A DNA stretch of 64,000 nucleotides from assembly GCF_964194025.1 (NCBI RefSeq), contig NC_134473.1:55304001-55368000 (forward strand). Reading direction: 5' to 3'. The DNA is from Convolutriloba macropyga (Eukaryota). Under the pieces are notes generated by a model. The model worked only from the letters and a program-made list of their open reading frames with translations. It was not told the origin of the DNA and ran no database searches. Position 1 is the stretch's first letter. The number at the start of each line of letters is the position of its first letter. The translations under genes and the position numbers were made by a program. This document shows, in pieces, positions 1 through 13,764 of the stretch.

Positions 1-539
1 AAAAACGAACGTTATTTTTAATTTGCGTTCATGTTCAGGTTGACCTTAAAAGTGTTGCACAATCGAATCAAATGTTTCAAAACTGTTTACAATTTTTTCT
101 TGATTTTATCTATCTAATTCTGAGGAAAAAGTTAACTATTAAAAAACTAACTCATTTATGAGGTTTTATGTAGACACGTATTCACGATGTCTAGCATATA
201 GCTATATTGCTAAATCATCAAGTAAAGTGCAACTTAAAGTTATTCTATTTGTTGAATTTCTTTTCTAGTTGAATTTTTTTCCATTCAAATAAAAAACCCA
301 AACAGTAAAATAAGATATTCTCGGAATTTTGTTTATCGGTAAAACACAAAATTTCTAAACATTCTTCCTGCCACTTTGTTTTTAATTTTCCATTCAAGAT
401 TGTTGAAATTGGATTTTGGAATTTCTTATAACTTTCTAGTTTTCCAGTAACGTTTGAAAAATTTCATTTTTTTGATTCTCTACAACGTAGTTTTGAATTG
501 CAACATGACAACATGGCAACATGACCATTGTCGACTAGT

Positions 540-665
540 TTTTCAATGTCAACTCTGGCCACGGTACTCATCGCGCGTGTTCAGTAGTGGCTTTCTTTTT
601 GCTAATTGTATGTTTCGAGAATCATGAGTTTTTGTGACACAGAGCACTGATCTATCATCATTGAA
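540..665 (-). mobile_element. Penelope-like element GIY-YIG endonuclease 3' remnant (degenerate)
   Basis: Minus-strand translation across frameshifts gives IDQCSVSQKLMILE...KPLLNTRDEYRG.ELTLK, resembling the C-terminal tail of Penelope GIY-YIG domains; homologous to 9170-9410. Confidence 0.6.
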
Positions 666-689
666 CGTGTCACAGGCGCGTTATATACT

Positions 690-3600
690 AAAACATTCGC
701 TTAGATGCTAATCTTTTGTGGAGTTTTTCTTGATGCTCTGCCAACCGCAAAGTATGACATCTACATATCTTTCAAACAGTTTTCTTTGTCTAGTTTGGTT
801 ATCAGTTGGTGAGTTTTCACATTCCAAACAACATCCCCCATGTTTTTGTTGCTCCTTAATTGATTTTTGACATTTTATGTGAAAGAAATTCTCAAACTTT
901 TTGCACTCGACAGCCTTGCTATTCCAAAAATATTTTTTATGACAGACAGGATATTTTTTGTTTCTCTCAAGCTCATCTCATCTTCATTACTGATTTTTTC
1001 TTCAAAAATTTTCATCCAAATACAGGCCAAGATAACAGCCAGGGAAGCTGCCATTGCCAAATTGTCTTTTTGACAATTCCAGTTACTATTAGTTTTAAAA
1101 CATTCATTTGTGACTGCTAGTTTCAGTAGGCGCTAAAATGATAATCTTTCAAATTTGAGAGGGTTAAATTTGGAATAAAGACATCGAAGTATAAATTCGA
1201 TGGCTTCCAAGACCGGGACATTGGTGGTAAAACGCTCGTAAACTAGTGATACAATTTGCTCTTTTGCCTCAAGCTCTACATTTCTGAATTTTTTAGAGCT
1301 ACAAGGCTTGAAGTCTCTTATAAATTTTTTTTTGTACCATTTTTGGAATGCCTCCACCTCACAAAGCTTTTCAACGCAACCGACACTTTTTTGCATACTA
1401 CTCACTATCTTGTTAAGGTCTGCCAAAAAATGTGTTTGCAATAAATTTGTACTTCATTGGATGTTTTATTCCTTAGGATAGAATTTTTCTGACAAGATTT
1501 GGTAGCTCTATGCAGTCCAGGATCTTTACTGCGTCGTAATTTTTCAGCGGTCTATATTGATGATGCGACAATTTTTCAAGCTTAAGTTTCATTTTTCCTA
1601 AAGTGTTTTCTATCAAAGGGAAACTTTTTTTCGTACAAGAACAACAACCGAGGATAAAACTTTTTCTTTAAGGAAGCTTCTTAATTCTGACCTCTTATTC
1701 TCAGATTTCTGACAGTGGTCAATTGCGCTATGCTTAGCTTTTCTTAGCTCGTCTTTGAATAATCTACGTTGAAAAGTTTTAATTGCCTGCTAGGAGAAAA
1801 CGATCTTATTCGGAACACGAGTAATCAAAAAATCGGCAATTAAATCATTATCTACACATTTTTTCAAAAAGTATATGTTTCTGTGGCACATTGCAATGAA
1901 ATATCAATGATTCAGTCAAACGCGCGCGATATGCCAAAAAATTCGCTTAAAAGCTCATTTTTTGGTGAGTCCCTTTTTTGATGCTCTGCCATCCGCTTGG
2001 TTATATGTTTTCATGTTTGCCGCCCATTGGCGGAATCGTATCCTCTACATGTTTTTGTATACCACATGCGATATTAGATTCTGTTCAAGAATTGACTCTA
2101 GTGATAATAAACAGTTTTCTAGTTTCCGTGTTGTGTAGATCAAAGTAAGATGCGCTATCTTTTGCAACTTTTCCTTAAGTCTACTGCTTCCATTGCTTAT
2201 AATCTGTAAGAAAAGTGTAGGTCTGCCATTCTGCTTTATCTTATTGTTTGACTTGCATTCCTCCACTATTGTTTTGGTTGTCTTTCTAGTGTCTTCTAAA
2301 AATTTTCCAATGCTCTGATTAACATTGCCTGAAGACCAATTTTCCGGACATCGAGTTTTTCATTCCATTGTCTGTTGGCATCCTGCACCATTTACAGGAG
2401 GCTTTTTTTGTTCATCAACGTCGACTGTCATATTTGAGAAGGCTAGTTTATGTTTTTCATCCATTTTTTCCAGTGTGAATTCCAAAAAAGTATGCGAATT
2501 TTTTCTCATCTGAAGCCAATTATTGGTGTTCTCTTTTTTGTGCAAAATTTCAGTTTGACAGTTTCAGTTATCATTGCTTTTAAAATATTCATTTTTGACT
2601 GCTAGTTTGAGTAGGCGCTAAAATGATAATCTTTCAAACTTGAGAGGGTCAATTTTGGAATAAAGACATCGAAGAATAAATTCGATGGCTTCCGATACCG
2701 GGACATTGGTGGTAAAACGCTCGTAAACTAGTGATACAATTTGCTGTTTTGCCTCAAATTCTTTATTTCTGAATTTTTTGTAGCTACAAGGCTTGAAGTC
2801 TCTTATAAATTTTTGTTGTAACATTTTGAGAATGCCTCTACCTCTCAAAGCTTTTCAACGCAACCAAAACTTTTTTGCATACTACTCACTATCTTGTTAA
2901 GGTCTGCCAAAAAATGTGTTTGCAATAAATTTGTCCTTCATTGGATGTTTTTTTCCTACGAATAGAATTTTTCTGACAAAAATTGGTAGCTCTATGCAGT
3001 CCAGGGTTTTTATTGCGTCGTAATTTTTCAGCAGTCTATATTGATGATGCAACAATTTTTCAAGCTTGTGTTTCATTTTTCTTAAAGTGTTTCCTATCAA
3101 AGAGAAATTTTTTTCGTACAAGAACAACAACTGAGGCTAAAACTTTTTGTTTAAAGAAGCTTCTTAATTCTGACCTCTTATTCTCAGTTTTCTGACAGTG
3201 GTCAATCGCGCTATGTTTAGCTTTTCGTAGCTCGTCTTTGAGTAATCTACGTTGAAAAGTTTTAATTGCCTGTTCGGAGAAAACGATCTTATTCGGAACA
3301 CGAGTAATCAAAAAATCGGCAGTTAAATCATTATCTACACATTTTTTCAAAAAGTATATGTTTTTGTGGCACATTGCAATGAAATAATATCATTGATTCA
3401 ATCAAACGCGCGCGATATGCCAAAACATTCGCTTAAAAGCTCATCTATTGGTGAGTCCCTGTTTTGATGCTCTGCCATCCGCATGGTTATATGTTTTCAT
3501 GTTTGCCGCCCATTGGCGGAATCGTATCCTCTACATGTTTTTTTTGTATACCACATGCGATATTAGATTCTGTTCAAGAATGGACTTTAGTGACGATAAA

Positions 3601-5220
3601 CAGTTTTCTAGTTTCCGTGTTTGTGTAGATCAGTGTAAGATGCGCTATCTTTTGCAACTTTTCTTTAAGTCTACTGCTTCCATGGCTCAAAATTTGTAAG
3701 AAAAGTGTGGGTTTGTCCTTCTGCTTTAGCTTATTGTTTGACTTGCATTCCACTATTGTTTTGGCTGTCTTTCTAATGTCGTCTATAAATTTTCCAATGC
3801 TCTGATTAACATTGCCTGAAGACCAATTTTCCGGACATCGAGTTTTTCATTCCATTGTCTGTTGGCATCCTGCACCATTTACAGGAGGCTTTTTTTGTTC
3901 ATCAACGTCGACTGTCATTTTTGGGAAGGCTAGTTTATCTTTGTTATCCATTTTTTCCTGTGTGAATTCCAAAAAAGTATGCGAATTTCTTCTTATCTGA
4001 AATCAATTATTGGTGTTCTTTTTTTTGTGCAAATTTTCACTTTGACAGTTATAGTTACCATTGCTTTTAGCATAATCATTTGTGACTGCTAGTTTCAGTA
4101 CTCGTTTAAATGACAATTTTTCAATATTGGTTGGGGTATATTTGAAGTAAAAACATTGAAGAGCAACTTCGATAGCTTCCGAGACGGGGACATTGATAGT
4201 AAAACTTTCGTTATCAAGTGATATAAAATGCTCATTTGCCTCAAGCTCCATATTCTCAAATTTTTGTCTAGGTGCAGGGCTTGAAATTTTGATGTGAACT
4301 CCGGTCATTTTTTCAAAATTGGAGTAAAAAAATGAACAAATTCTGGTTAAAACGGAGCACATTGGTGTGTTTTCTTTTGCATTTTTGCCAACCCGTACAG
4401 TCGCGCTGGTTTTGTTCCGGTTGTTTGTAGTTTTTGACATTTTTTCCAAAAAAAATAATTTGTTTTTGCAATTCAAGTAAAATTCCGTTGATGTTAAATT
4501 TTTCTTTTTTGATGAAATCTTCCTATTTGATGTTTTTGGGCGGTTGTGTTTTTCGATCGTTTTATATTGATATCTTTTTCTGTAAGACACCAAATCTTCT
4601 ACACTTACCAAAACCTACGGATAAAAACTATTCTCTTCATGATACTTAACCGCCCTTGGCCAACTTCTATCTGCTGGTGTCTCTCTTAAATTTTATGCGT
4701 ACCAATTTGGGGATACCTCTACCTCACACAAATTTTAACCAAAAACAACATTTTCTTGCATACTACTGACTAACTTGTTAATGTCTGCCAAAAAAGTGTA
4801 TTCATTAAATTTGTTCTTTATTGTTTGTTTTGGTCTTTAAGATAGAAGTTTTCTGAAGAATAATGGTAGCTCTATTTCGTCTAGGATTTTGACTGCGTCG
4901 TCGCTTTCTTTGACGGTGCGACAATTTTTCAAGCTTTCGTTTCGTTTTTTTGTTTTCTATCAAAGAGCAATTTTTTTCAAGAAAAACAACAGGCTAAAAC
5001 GTTTTCCTTAGCGAAGCTCCTTTTTTCTGACCTATTATTCTCAGCTTTCTGACGCAGTTCAATCGCGCTATATTTAGTTTTCGTTAGCTTGACTTTGAGT
5101 AATCTACGTTGAAAGGATTTAACTGCCTGCTCAGAATCGACGTCATACGGAACACGAATAATCAGAAAGTCGGTAATGAAATCATTATCTCATTTTTCCT
5201 GAAACTATACTATTTAGCTG
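690..5220 (-). pseudogene. Tandem array (~1.5 kb period, about 3 diverged units) of a fragmented ORF of unknown function
   Basis: Paralogous minus-strand ORF pieces recur: 1133-1441, 2618-2848 and 4003-4611 share ...EAKEQIVSLVYERFTTNVPV.EAIEFILRCLY..., and 3060-3374 plus 2897-3130 recur at ~1500-1890. They are broken by stops and frameshifts; no recognisable family. Confidence 0.55.
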
Positions 5221-8200
5221 CCATTCTCATGTTTTGATGAGTTAAATTTTGTCCTCATAACGGGATAAATAAGTATTGCCCGGCGGGCATTAAGTGGTTG
5301 CGCAGCCCTCTTGAGGCCTTTCAAACATTTATAACCTAAAAAAGTTGTTCTGGATGCTTTTCTTGTCTCAACTCATAGTACTCTACAGTTTGTTGCATTT
5401 GTTGAGACTGCAACCAATCCAAAAGATTCCAGCTGCCAAAAACTGAAGGGTGGTGTAACCCACAGACGTCAAATATCTGAAACCTAATCTACTACTTCAT
5501 CTTACTGGTCTCTAAGAATGCGATTCAACAAAACCTGGGCCTTTTCAGGCGGCAATTTCATGGTGTGAAGAGCGTTTCCTGATCTTAATATTTTGACCCC
5601 GCGCACCGCCTTTCATGGTATTTGTCAGTCCTATTACTTATTGTTACCTTGATGTTCATTCCTTATGCTAAAGAGAGTCAAAAATTGATATAAAACTTTA
5701 ATTACTCGGAAGTTTTTGCAATAAGTTGCATCGCCAGGAGTTAAAAACTTGTTAAGTTAATTATTTACAAATATGCGTACATACTGCATTACCAAATTTT
5801 TGCAAAAATTCCGTAGGTTTTCACCTTAAATTTTGTTAATATGTTAAAAGAACTTGAAAACTGTTAATATGTGTCCTTCTCTTTATAAGTCTTGAATGAG
5901 AGATTTTGGTTTTCGTGATCGGTTTAACGCTGCTCAGCGTTGTTTAGCCGGTTACACCAGCTGATGTGCAGTACCGGAGGTTGTTACAGTCAAGATAAGC
6001 AAAGTACATGCATTTGTAAGCTCTGCAACTATCCGATCTTCGGGAAGTTTCACCTGCAAGACCATGCAACCTGGAAATGAACGAGAAAAAGTGCTACGTC
6101 TCTATCATAACTCTTATCGATTCATGCACGTTTTATGTTATAAATATCTGTATACATGCGTTTATTAATGTTTCATCGCTTAATTTTAATTTAAGATATC
6201 TTCTTTTAATGTTGTGTATATAAAGACGTAATTCAATAAGTATATGTTTTTGTGGCACATTGCAATGAAATAATATCATTGATTCAATCAAACGCGCGCG
6301 ATATGCCAAAACATTCGCTTAAAAGCTCATCTATTGGTGAGTCCCTGTTTTGATGCTCTGCCATCCGCATGGTTATATGTTTTCATGTTTGCCGCCCATT
6401 GGCGGAATCGTATCCTCTACATGTTTTTTTTTGTATACCACATGCGATATTAGATTCTGTTCAAGAATGGACTTTAGTGATGATAAACAGTTTTCTAGTT
6501 TCCGTGTTTGTGTAGATCAGTGTAAGATGCGCTATCTTTTGCAACTTTTCTTTAAGTCTACTGCTTCCATGGCTCAAAATTTGTAAGAAAAGTGTGGGTT
6601 TGTCCTTCTGCTTTAGCTTATTGTTTGACTTGCATTCCACTATTGTTTTGGCTGTCTTTCTAATGTCGTCTATAAATTTTCCAATGCTCTGATTAACATT
6701 GCCTGAAGACCAATTTTCCGGACATCGAGTTTTTCATTCCATTGTCTGTTGGCATCCTGCACCATTTACAGGAGGCTTTTTTTGTTCATCAACGTCGACT
6801 GTCATTTTTGGGAAGGCTAGTTTATCTTTGTTATCCATTTTTTCCTGTGTGAATTCCAAAAAAGTATGCGAATTTCTTCTTATCTGAAATCAATTATTGG
6901 TGTTCTTTTTTTTGTGCAAATTTTCACTTTGACAGTTATAGTTACCATTGCTTTTAGCATAATCATTTGTGACTGCTAGTTTCAGTACTCGTTTAAATGA
7001 CAATTTTTCAATATTGGTTGGGGTATATTTGAAGTAAAAACATTGAAGAGCAACTTCGATAGCTTCCGAGACGGGGACATTGATAGTAAAACTTTCGTTA
7101 TCAAGTGATATAAAATGCTCATTTGCCTCAAGCTCCATATTCTCAAATTTTTGTCTAGGTGCAGGGCTTGAAATTTTGATGTGAACTCCGGTCATTTTTT
7201 CAAAATTGGAGTAAAAAAATGAACAAATTCTGGTTAAAACGGAGCACATTGGTGTGTTTTCTTTTGCATTTTTGCCAACCCGTACAGTCGCGCTGGTTTT
7301 GTTCCGGTTGTTTGTAGTTTTTGACATTTTTTCCAAAAAAAATAATTTGTTTTTGCAGTTCAAGTAAAATTCCGTTGATGTTAAATTTTTCTTTTTTGAT
7401 GAAATCTTCCTATTTGATGTTTTTGGGCGGTTGTGTTTTTCGATCGTTTTATATTGATATCTTTTTCTGTAAGACACCAAATCTTCTACACTTACCAAAA
7501 CCTACGGATAAAAACTATTCTCTTCATGATACTTAACCGCCCTTGGCCAACTTCTATCTGCTGGTGTCTCTCTTAAATTTTATGCGTACCAATTTGGGGA
7601 TACCTCTACCTCACACAAATTTTAACCAAAAACAACATTTTCTTGCATACTACTGACTAACTTGTTAATGTCTGCCAAAAAAGTGTATTCATTAAATTTG
7701 TTCTTTATTGTTTGTTTTGGTCTTTAACATAGAAGTTTTCTGAAGAATAATGGTAGCTCTATTTCGTCTAGGATTTTGACTGCGTCGTCGCTTTCTTTGA
7801 CGGTGCGACATTTTTTCAAGCTTTCGTTTCGTTTTTTTTTGTTTTCTATCAAAGAGCAATTTTTTTCAAGAAAAACAACAGGCTAAAACGTTTTCCTTAG
7901 CGAAGCTCCTTATTTCTGACCTATTATTCTCAGCTTTCTGACGCAGTTCAATCGCGCTATATTTAGTTTTCGTTAGCTGGACTTTGAGTAATCTACGTTG
8001 AAAGGATTTAACTGCCTGCTCAGAATCGACGTCATACGGAACACGAATAATCAGAAAGTCGGTAATGAAATCATTATCTCATTTTTCCTGAAACTATACT
8101 ATTTAGCTGCCATTCTCATGTTTTGATGAGTTAAATTTTGTCCTCATAACGGGATAAATAAGTATTGCCCGGCGGGCATTAAGTGGTTGCGCAGCCCTCT

Positions 8201-9126
8201 TGAGGCCTTTCAAACATTTATAACCTAAAAAAGTTGTTCTGGATGCTTTTCTTGTCTCAACTCATAGTACTCTACAGTTTGTTGCATTTGTTGAGACTGC
8301 AACCAATCCAAAAGATTCCAGCTGCCAAAAACTGAAGGGTGGTGTAACCCACAGACGTCAAATATCTGAAACCTAATCTACTACTTCATCTTACTGGTCT
8401 CTAAGAATGCGATTCAACAAAACCTGGGCCTTTTCAGGCGGCAATTTCATGGTGTGAAGAGCGTTTCCTGATCTTAATATTTTGACCCCGCGCACCGCCT
8501 TTCATGGTATTTGTCAGTCCTATTACTTATTGTTACCTTGATGTTCATTCCTTATGCTAAAGAGAGTCAAAAATTGATATAAAACTTTAATTACTCGGAA
8601 GTTTTTGCAATAAGTTGCATCGCCAGGAGTTAAAAACTTGTTAAGTTAATTATTTACAAATATGCGTACATACTGCATTACCAAATTTTTGCAAAAATTC
8701 CGTAGGTTTTCACCTTAAATTTTGTTAATATGTTAAAAGAACTTGAAAACTGTTAATATGTGTCCTTCTCTTTATAAGTCTTGAATGAGAGATTTTGGTT
8801 TTCGTGATCGGTTTAACGCTGCTCAGCGTTGTTTAGCCGGTTACACCAGCTGATGTGCAGTACCGGAGGTTGTTACAGTCAAGATAAGCAAAGTACATGC
8901 ATTTGTAAGCTCTGCAACTATCCGATCTTCGGGAAGTTTCACCTGCAAGACCATGCAACCTGGAAATGAACGAGAAAAAGTGCTACGTCTCTATCATAAC
9001 TCTTATCGATTCATGCACGTTTTATGTTATAAATATCTGTATACATGCGTTTATTAATGTTTCATCGCTTAATTTTAATTTAAGATATCTTCTTTTAATG
9101 CTGTGTATATAAAGACGTAATTCAAT
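3352..9126. repeat. Near-identical direct tandem duplication, ~2887 bp unit (3352-6237 and 6238-9126)
   Basis: Identical ORFs offset by 2887 (3812/6699, 4003/6890); only scattered SNPs and homopolymer differences between copies. Confidence 0.95.
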
Positions 9127-9169
9127 TTTTCTCTCTCTCTTTTAGGCAGAACGTGCTTTCTGCACTTAA

Positions 9170-9410
9170 TATTACAATGTTAATTCCCTGGCTCTTGTAC
9201 TCGTCCCGCGTATTCAGTTGTGGCTTGCGTCCACTAATGTGTAGAGCTTCTATGGTCATAAGTTTTCTAGGTATTCTGGCATTGGTCTATTCTCTTATAT
9301 TTAAAGGCTGTTAGAGCCCCACAGCATTCCACAACATTGATGCTCCGAAAATCTCGTGGTCAAATGTCTACAAATTTGGCCGACATAGGGGGAATTGCAT
9401 CCACAACTGA
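9170..9410 (-). mobile_element. Penelope-like element GIY-YIG endonuclease remnant
   Basis: Minus strand reads CGCNSPYVGQICRHLTTRFSEHQ...VVECCGA...KLMTIEALHISGRKPQLNTRDEYKS: CxC..YVG motif, catalytic Arg/Glu and the Penelope-type tail; frameshifted. Confidence 0.75.
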
Positions 9411-9515
9411 ACTCCTTGAGATTTCAGGGAGTTCAGACCCCACATGAGATTTCAGATTGCCATCAAAACTAGATTTCAGGAACGGTAAGCATGTTCATTC
9501 TCTTTCTAGGCCGAA

Positions 9516-10625
9516 ATGGTTCTTTCCGAAATCACCAGCCATGTTGAGAACGAACCTCAAGATTCAGTAGATAGTGAAAATATTAAGAAAAGTGAGCTTC
9601 ACCCTGAGTCGACCATTAAAAGTAAATCGAAAAGTGAGAACGAAGATGAACCACTTCTTCATGAGAATCCTCAGAAATACGTGATGTTTCCAATTGAGTA
9701 CCCGGATATCTGGAGTATGTATAAAAAGGCAGTGGCCAGTTTTTGGACCGTTGAAGAGGTCGACCTTTCCAAGGACATGGACGATTGGGAAAAATTGAAG
9801 GCTGATGAGCAGCACTTCATCAAACATGTCTTGGCGTTCTTCGCCGCTAGTGACGGAATTGTAAATGAAAATTTGGTTGAGCGATTTGGCCAGGAGGTTC
9901 AAATTCCTGAAGCCAGGAGCTTCTACGGTTTTCAAATTGCTATTGAAAATATTCATTCTGAAATGTACTCACTATTAATAGATACATATATTCGGGATCC
10001 TACAGAGCGAGACTATTTATTCAATGCTCTTGAGAATATGCCAGCTGTTCGGAAGAAGGCGGATTGGGCTTTGAACTGGATTACCAGTGATAACGCAACC
10101 TATGGAGAACGGATAATTGCGTTTGCTTCAGTTGAAGGAATATTCTTCTCAGGATCATTTGCAGCTATCTTCTGGTTGAAGAAACGGGGAGTGATGCCTG
10201 GGTTGACCTTTTCAAATGAGCTCATTAGTCGTGACGAAGGCCTGCACACTGACTTTGCTTGTCTCATGTTTAAGCATCTGGTCAACAAACCTGCTGAAGA
10301 ACGCATTAAGCAGATAGTGACTGATGCTGTAAAAATAGAGCAAGAGTTTCTAACCGACGCCTTGCCTGTCGATTTGATCGGAATGAATAGCCGTCTGATG
10401 CGCGAGTATATTGAATTCGTTGCTGACCGTCTTCTCGTAGAGCTTGGCTGTGAAAAAATCTGGAATCGTGACAATCCATTTCCTTTTATGGACATGATTA
10501 ACATGGAAGGAAAGACAAATTTTTTTGAGAAAAGAGTAGGAGAGTACCAGAAAGCAGGTGTGATGAACTCGGTCGGCCAGTCGGCTAAGAAGCAATTTGT
10601 TTTCAGTGTCGATGAAGAGTTTTAA
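9516..10625 (+). CDS. RRM2: Ribonucleoside-diphosphate reductase small subunit (class Ia R2), intronless
   Basis: Motifs [30 protein letters not shown] (radical Tyr), [32 protein letters not shown]-terminal FSVDEEF; AATAAA at ~10710. Confidence 0.97.
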   Translation: MVLSEITSHVENEPQDSVDSENIKKSELHPESTIKSKSKSENEDEPLLHENPQKYVMFPIEYPDIWSMYKKAVASFWTVEEVDLSKDMDDWEKLKADEQHFIKHVLAFFAASDGIVNENLVERFGQEVQIPEARSFYGFQIAIENIHSEMYSLLIDTYIRDPTERDYLFNALENMPAVRKKADWALNWITSDNATYGERIIAFASVEGIFFSGSFAAIFWLKKRGVMPGLTFSNELISRDEGLHTDFACLMFKHLVNKPAEERIKQIVTDAVKIEQEFLTDALPVDLIGMNSRLMREYIEFVADRLLVELGCEKIWNRDNPFPFMDMINMEGKTNFFEKRVGEYQKAGVMNSVGQSAKKQFVFSVDEEF

Positions 10626-11399
10626 ACTTGTGATATAAGATGAGCTACGAAGCTTTTTCAGTAGCAATCAAATATTGTGATGTTTTATATTGTGTTTTGA
10701 CTTCCTTTGAATAAATTGATTTTAATGCGCTAAAATAATGAGCACGACTCGTTAATTTCCACATTGCTCATTGATCTGATTGTAACGTGTTAGTTTGTGT
10801 GTTACTTACCATTTTAATTTAATATTTTAACGATGTAATGTTCTAGATTAATTTTGGCAAATGGCAACGTCAGAATTGATGGTAAAATATCAAGTGCTTA
10901 TGAAATGCAGTGCCTAGGGCAATAGATCGAAAGTGAAAAAAATGGGACTATGCATCGAAAAAAATTATTGAAGTTGCACATTGTTCCACTCAGATTTTTG
11001 CATTCACTTATCGTGAAACATGTTGATCGTGATAACACCGGTGTTAGTAATAACAGCCGTGATGATGTTGGGTTCTGGCCCATGGCAAGCTAAGGCATGG
11101 CTCGCAAGACATGGCTAGAAGTGGAAAAGTTTTTTGGTCTGAATATTATGCGCTAAAGCCTGTTGAATATTTAGCTCGTGCCTGAACCAATAATAATAAC
11201 GTCAAGATCTTTTGAGCTAGGAATTTGGAGATCTGATGAATACCGTCCGTGCCAGCATTGTTTCCATAAGTCCCTGATATTGAAAAGACCATTCGATATT
11301 TACTTGACCTGCACATATCATTACTTCATCATCAAATGCGTTTCAACCATCTTCAAGAGCTCGCCCTGCCAAACAATTTTCTCCTCTCCTGTCATAATT

Positions 11400-12500
11400 A
11401 GGAGCAGAGCTAATATCTTGAAGCACATGAAAAGCTTGAAGAAATCAGAAAATCTCCCGAAAAAAATGACACAGGGATCAATTATCGCCCACATAGCTTC
11501 GAGAAAGCAGAATTACTCAACAATTGCTTCCATTCCATGTTTTTCCCAAGACTGCTTTCAGCGTAAACGAAATCAACTGCGAGAATCCGACTCTCACAAA
11601 CTTTGACATTTTCAAAACGCATCTCAGAAGCATCTTACAAGAACTCGACGTGACTAAGACACTAATGGTGGAACGGTCAACGCATCGCATACTATCATGA
11701 AGAGCATAAAAAGTATAAAAAAATCCACTGATTTGGAAAACTGCCGCCGTCCACCATCTACAAGAAAGGTGAGGTGCCAGGTTGAAAACTTCAGACCACT
11801 GTCGTTACTGAACATTGACAGCAAAGTCTTAGAAAAGTTACTCTATGAACCACTCTTCATGCACTTCGAACACTTCCTAACCGCGCTTCAATATGATTTT
11901 GTGAAAAGGAAATCAGTTAGCTCTAGCATGCTTTTCTTGAAATCAGTATACACCACGTTGTACCAAGATTCCAAAAGTGAAGCTGTAACATTTTTTTATT
12001 TTTTTTTCAATTCGTTTGACAAGGTGGCACACTTCGAGCTCTTAAGGAAGGTCACGAACATGGGAGTTGGTGGCTGTTCCGTGCGACTATCGCTGCCACA
12101 AGAAAAATTTCCTTAGAACTGATAACACCTGGTCGATTATGAACTGTTACAAGCGGTGTACTTCTTGGGTTCCTACAGGAGGGAAGTTCTAATTGATTTA
12201 AGAGGAACCGAGCAGTCGGCCTTCTTCACTCAACAATCGAGCAGTGACGTTTTTCACTCAACATTGACGTGGAGCGAAGACAACGATGTGATTCCATTAC
12301 TAGCGTTGGATCAAGAGCGAGTCCAGAAGAAAAGATCTTTCAACTCCCGAAGTTAGAACAGAAAAAGTGAGAATAGAATTTGGCTTCAGGCTGGACAGGA
12401 TCGTGTACCGTATTCATCCAATCATTCACTTTCTCAACCCAGTGGGACTCGAGAGTCGCTGAATTACTCAGACCAGGAGTTTTGTCGACGAGAAGTTCTC
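11400..12500 (+). mobile_element. Decayed non-LTR retrotransposon (LINE) reverse transcriptase fragment
   Basis: ORF 11697-12116 has ENFRPLSLLNIDSKVLEKL, QYDFVKRKS and FDKVAHFELLRKV (RT domains 1-3); disrupted; boundaries approximate. Confidence 0.8.
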
Positions 12501-13764
12501 AGAATCGAATGCCTGCAATTGCAATGTGACAGCAGAAACAACTGGGTGACGTTATAATTGACTGCAAGGGAAATCCCCCCAGCATATTGCTGTGAATTCC
12601 CATCTACAACATCCACATTACGGTCGAATTGTTTCATTGTTGGTTGGCAACGAGCTTTACAAGGGGAGTTCCCATGAACTCTGGTTCGCCATAAAGTATC
12701 AAGTTTAAAGCTTTTGTTCCACTTGCCACCAAGACGGTATGCGTAGTGGGAATACCAAAATGACGTGCAAAGAAAAACGCACCAGCACTACTAACGAGCA
12801 CATCCAACAAAATGCTGTGAAATCAAACTGGTAATACAGAGGTATAGGCCGCAAAATCTAAAACTGGAACAAACAAGCTCGAGATCAACGCTCGGCCTGG
12901 CAAGTTAGCACCCAGTGATTTTGGCTCATTCCGCAATTTTAAAATACTAATTTCCGTAACCCACTATGTGCTGCTGCTGCTTCTATCCATAATTGTAGAT
13001 CTCAAGGTAAAACGTTGTTCTTGCTTCGTTTTGTCAGTGGTGGCAGCCTTTTTTCGCAGACATTTTCTGCTCGTTTTCATACTTTTTTCTAGCTGTTTGT
13101 TAGATTTTTACTAGCTATCAAATTTTTACTAGCTATCAGACGGAGCCAGCATTTGTTCCACAGGCAACCCATAATCCCCGTTCTCCAAACTCTAAGCTTC
13201 ATACGCTCAATCTACTTCTGAGTAATCACCGAAAAACCGTAACAAAGAATTGTTAACCCCAAAAAGTCCACCTGAGATACACAATGCTGATTTTCCTTTA
13301 ATGAACAAGTAAATACGTGTTTCTTTTGTAATTAAGTTATGTACTTAACTCTACAATGCACCTATAAAATTTTTGAGTTCGATATAATTGATGTTGAGGT
13401 CCTTAATCAAACTAGACAAAGATCTGCTGCACGTCTGCAATAAATATACGAACAAAGAATACTCAGATAAATATACGGACAAAGTGATTAGCTAAACGAT
13501 AACAAAGAGCAAATGGAAAATATCACTGACAGCATCCAAAGTTGATCTTAACGAGCTGAAGAATTCAAAACTTTTGCCCAGTCCATGGGAATTGTAGAGA
13601 AGACAACGAGTAAAACTTGGTCTCAAAACACTAGAGCACGTGATGGTCTCGGCACAGTGCTTTCCTCATAATTTGAGGACTTGCGTGTGCTTGTAAAGAT
13701 GGCAGTTATGGAAGTATTAATTTTGCTGAAATGTATATACAAAAAGCAAAACAAATTCACCGTA

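Noticed and set aside
9516-10625. RRM2 as a Polinton cargo gene
   Set aside because: It lies 3.1 kb outside the TSD-defined boundary.
9564-10667. Minus-strand ORFs 9564-9956, 10100-10504 and 10350-10667
   Set aside because: Antisense shadows of RRM2 with no motifs.
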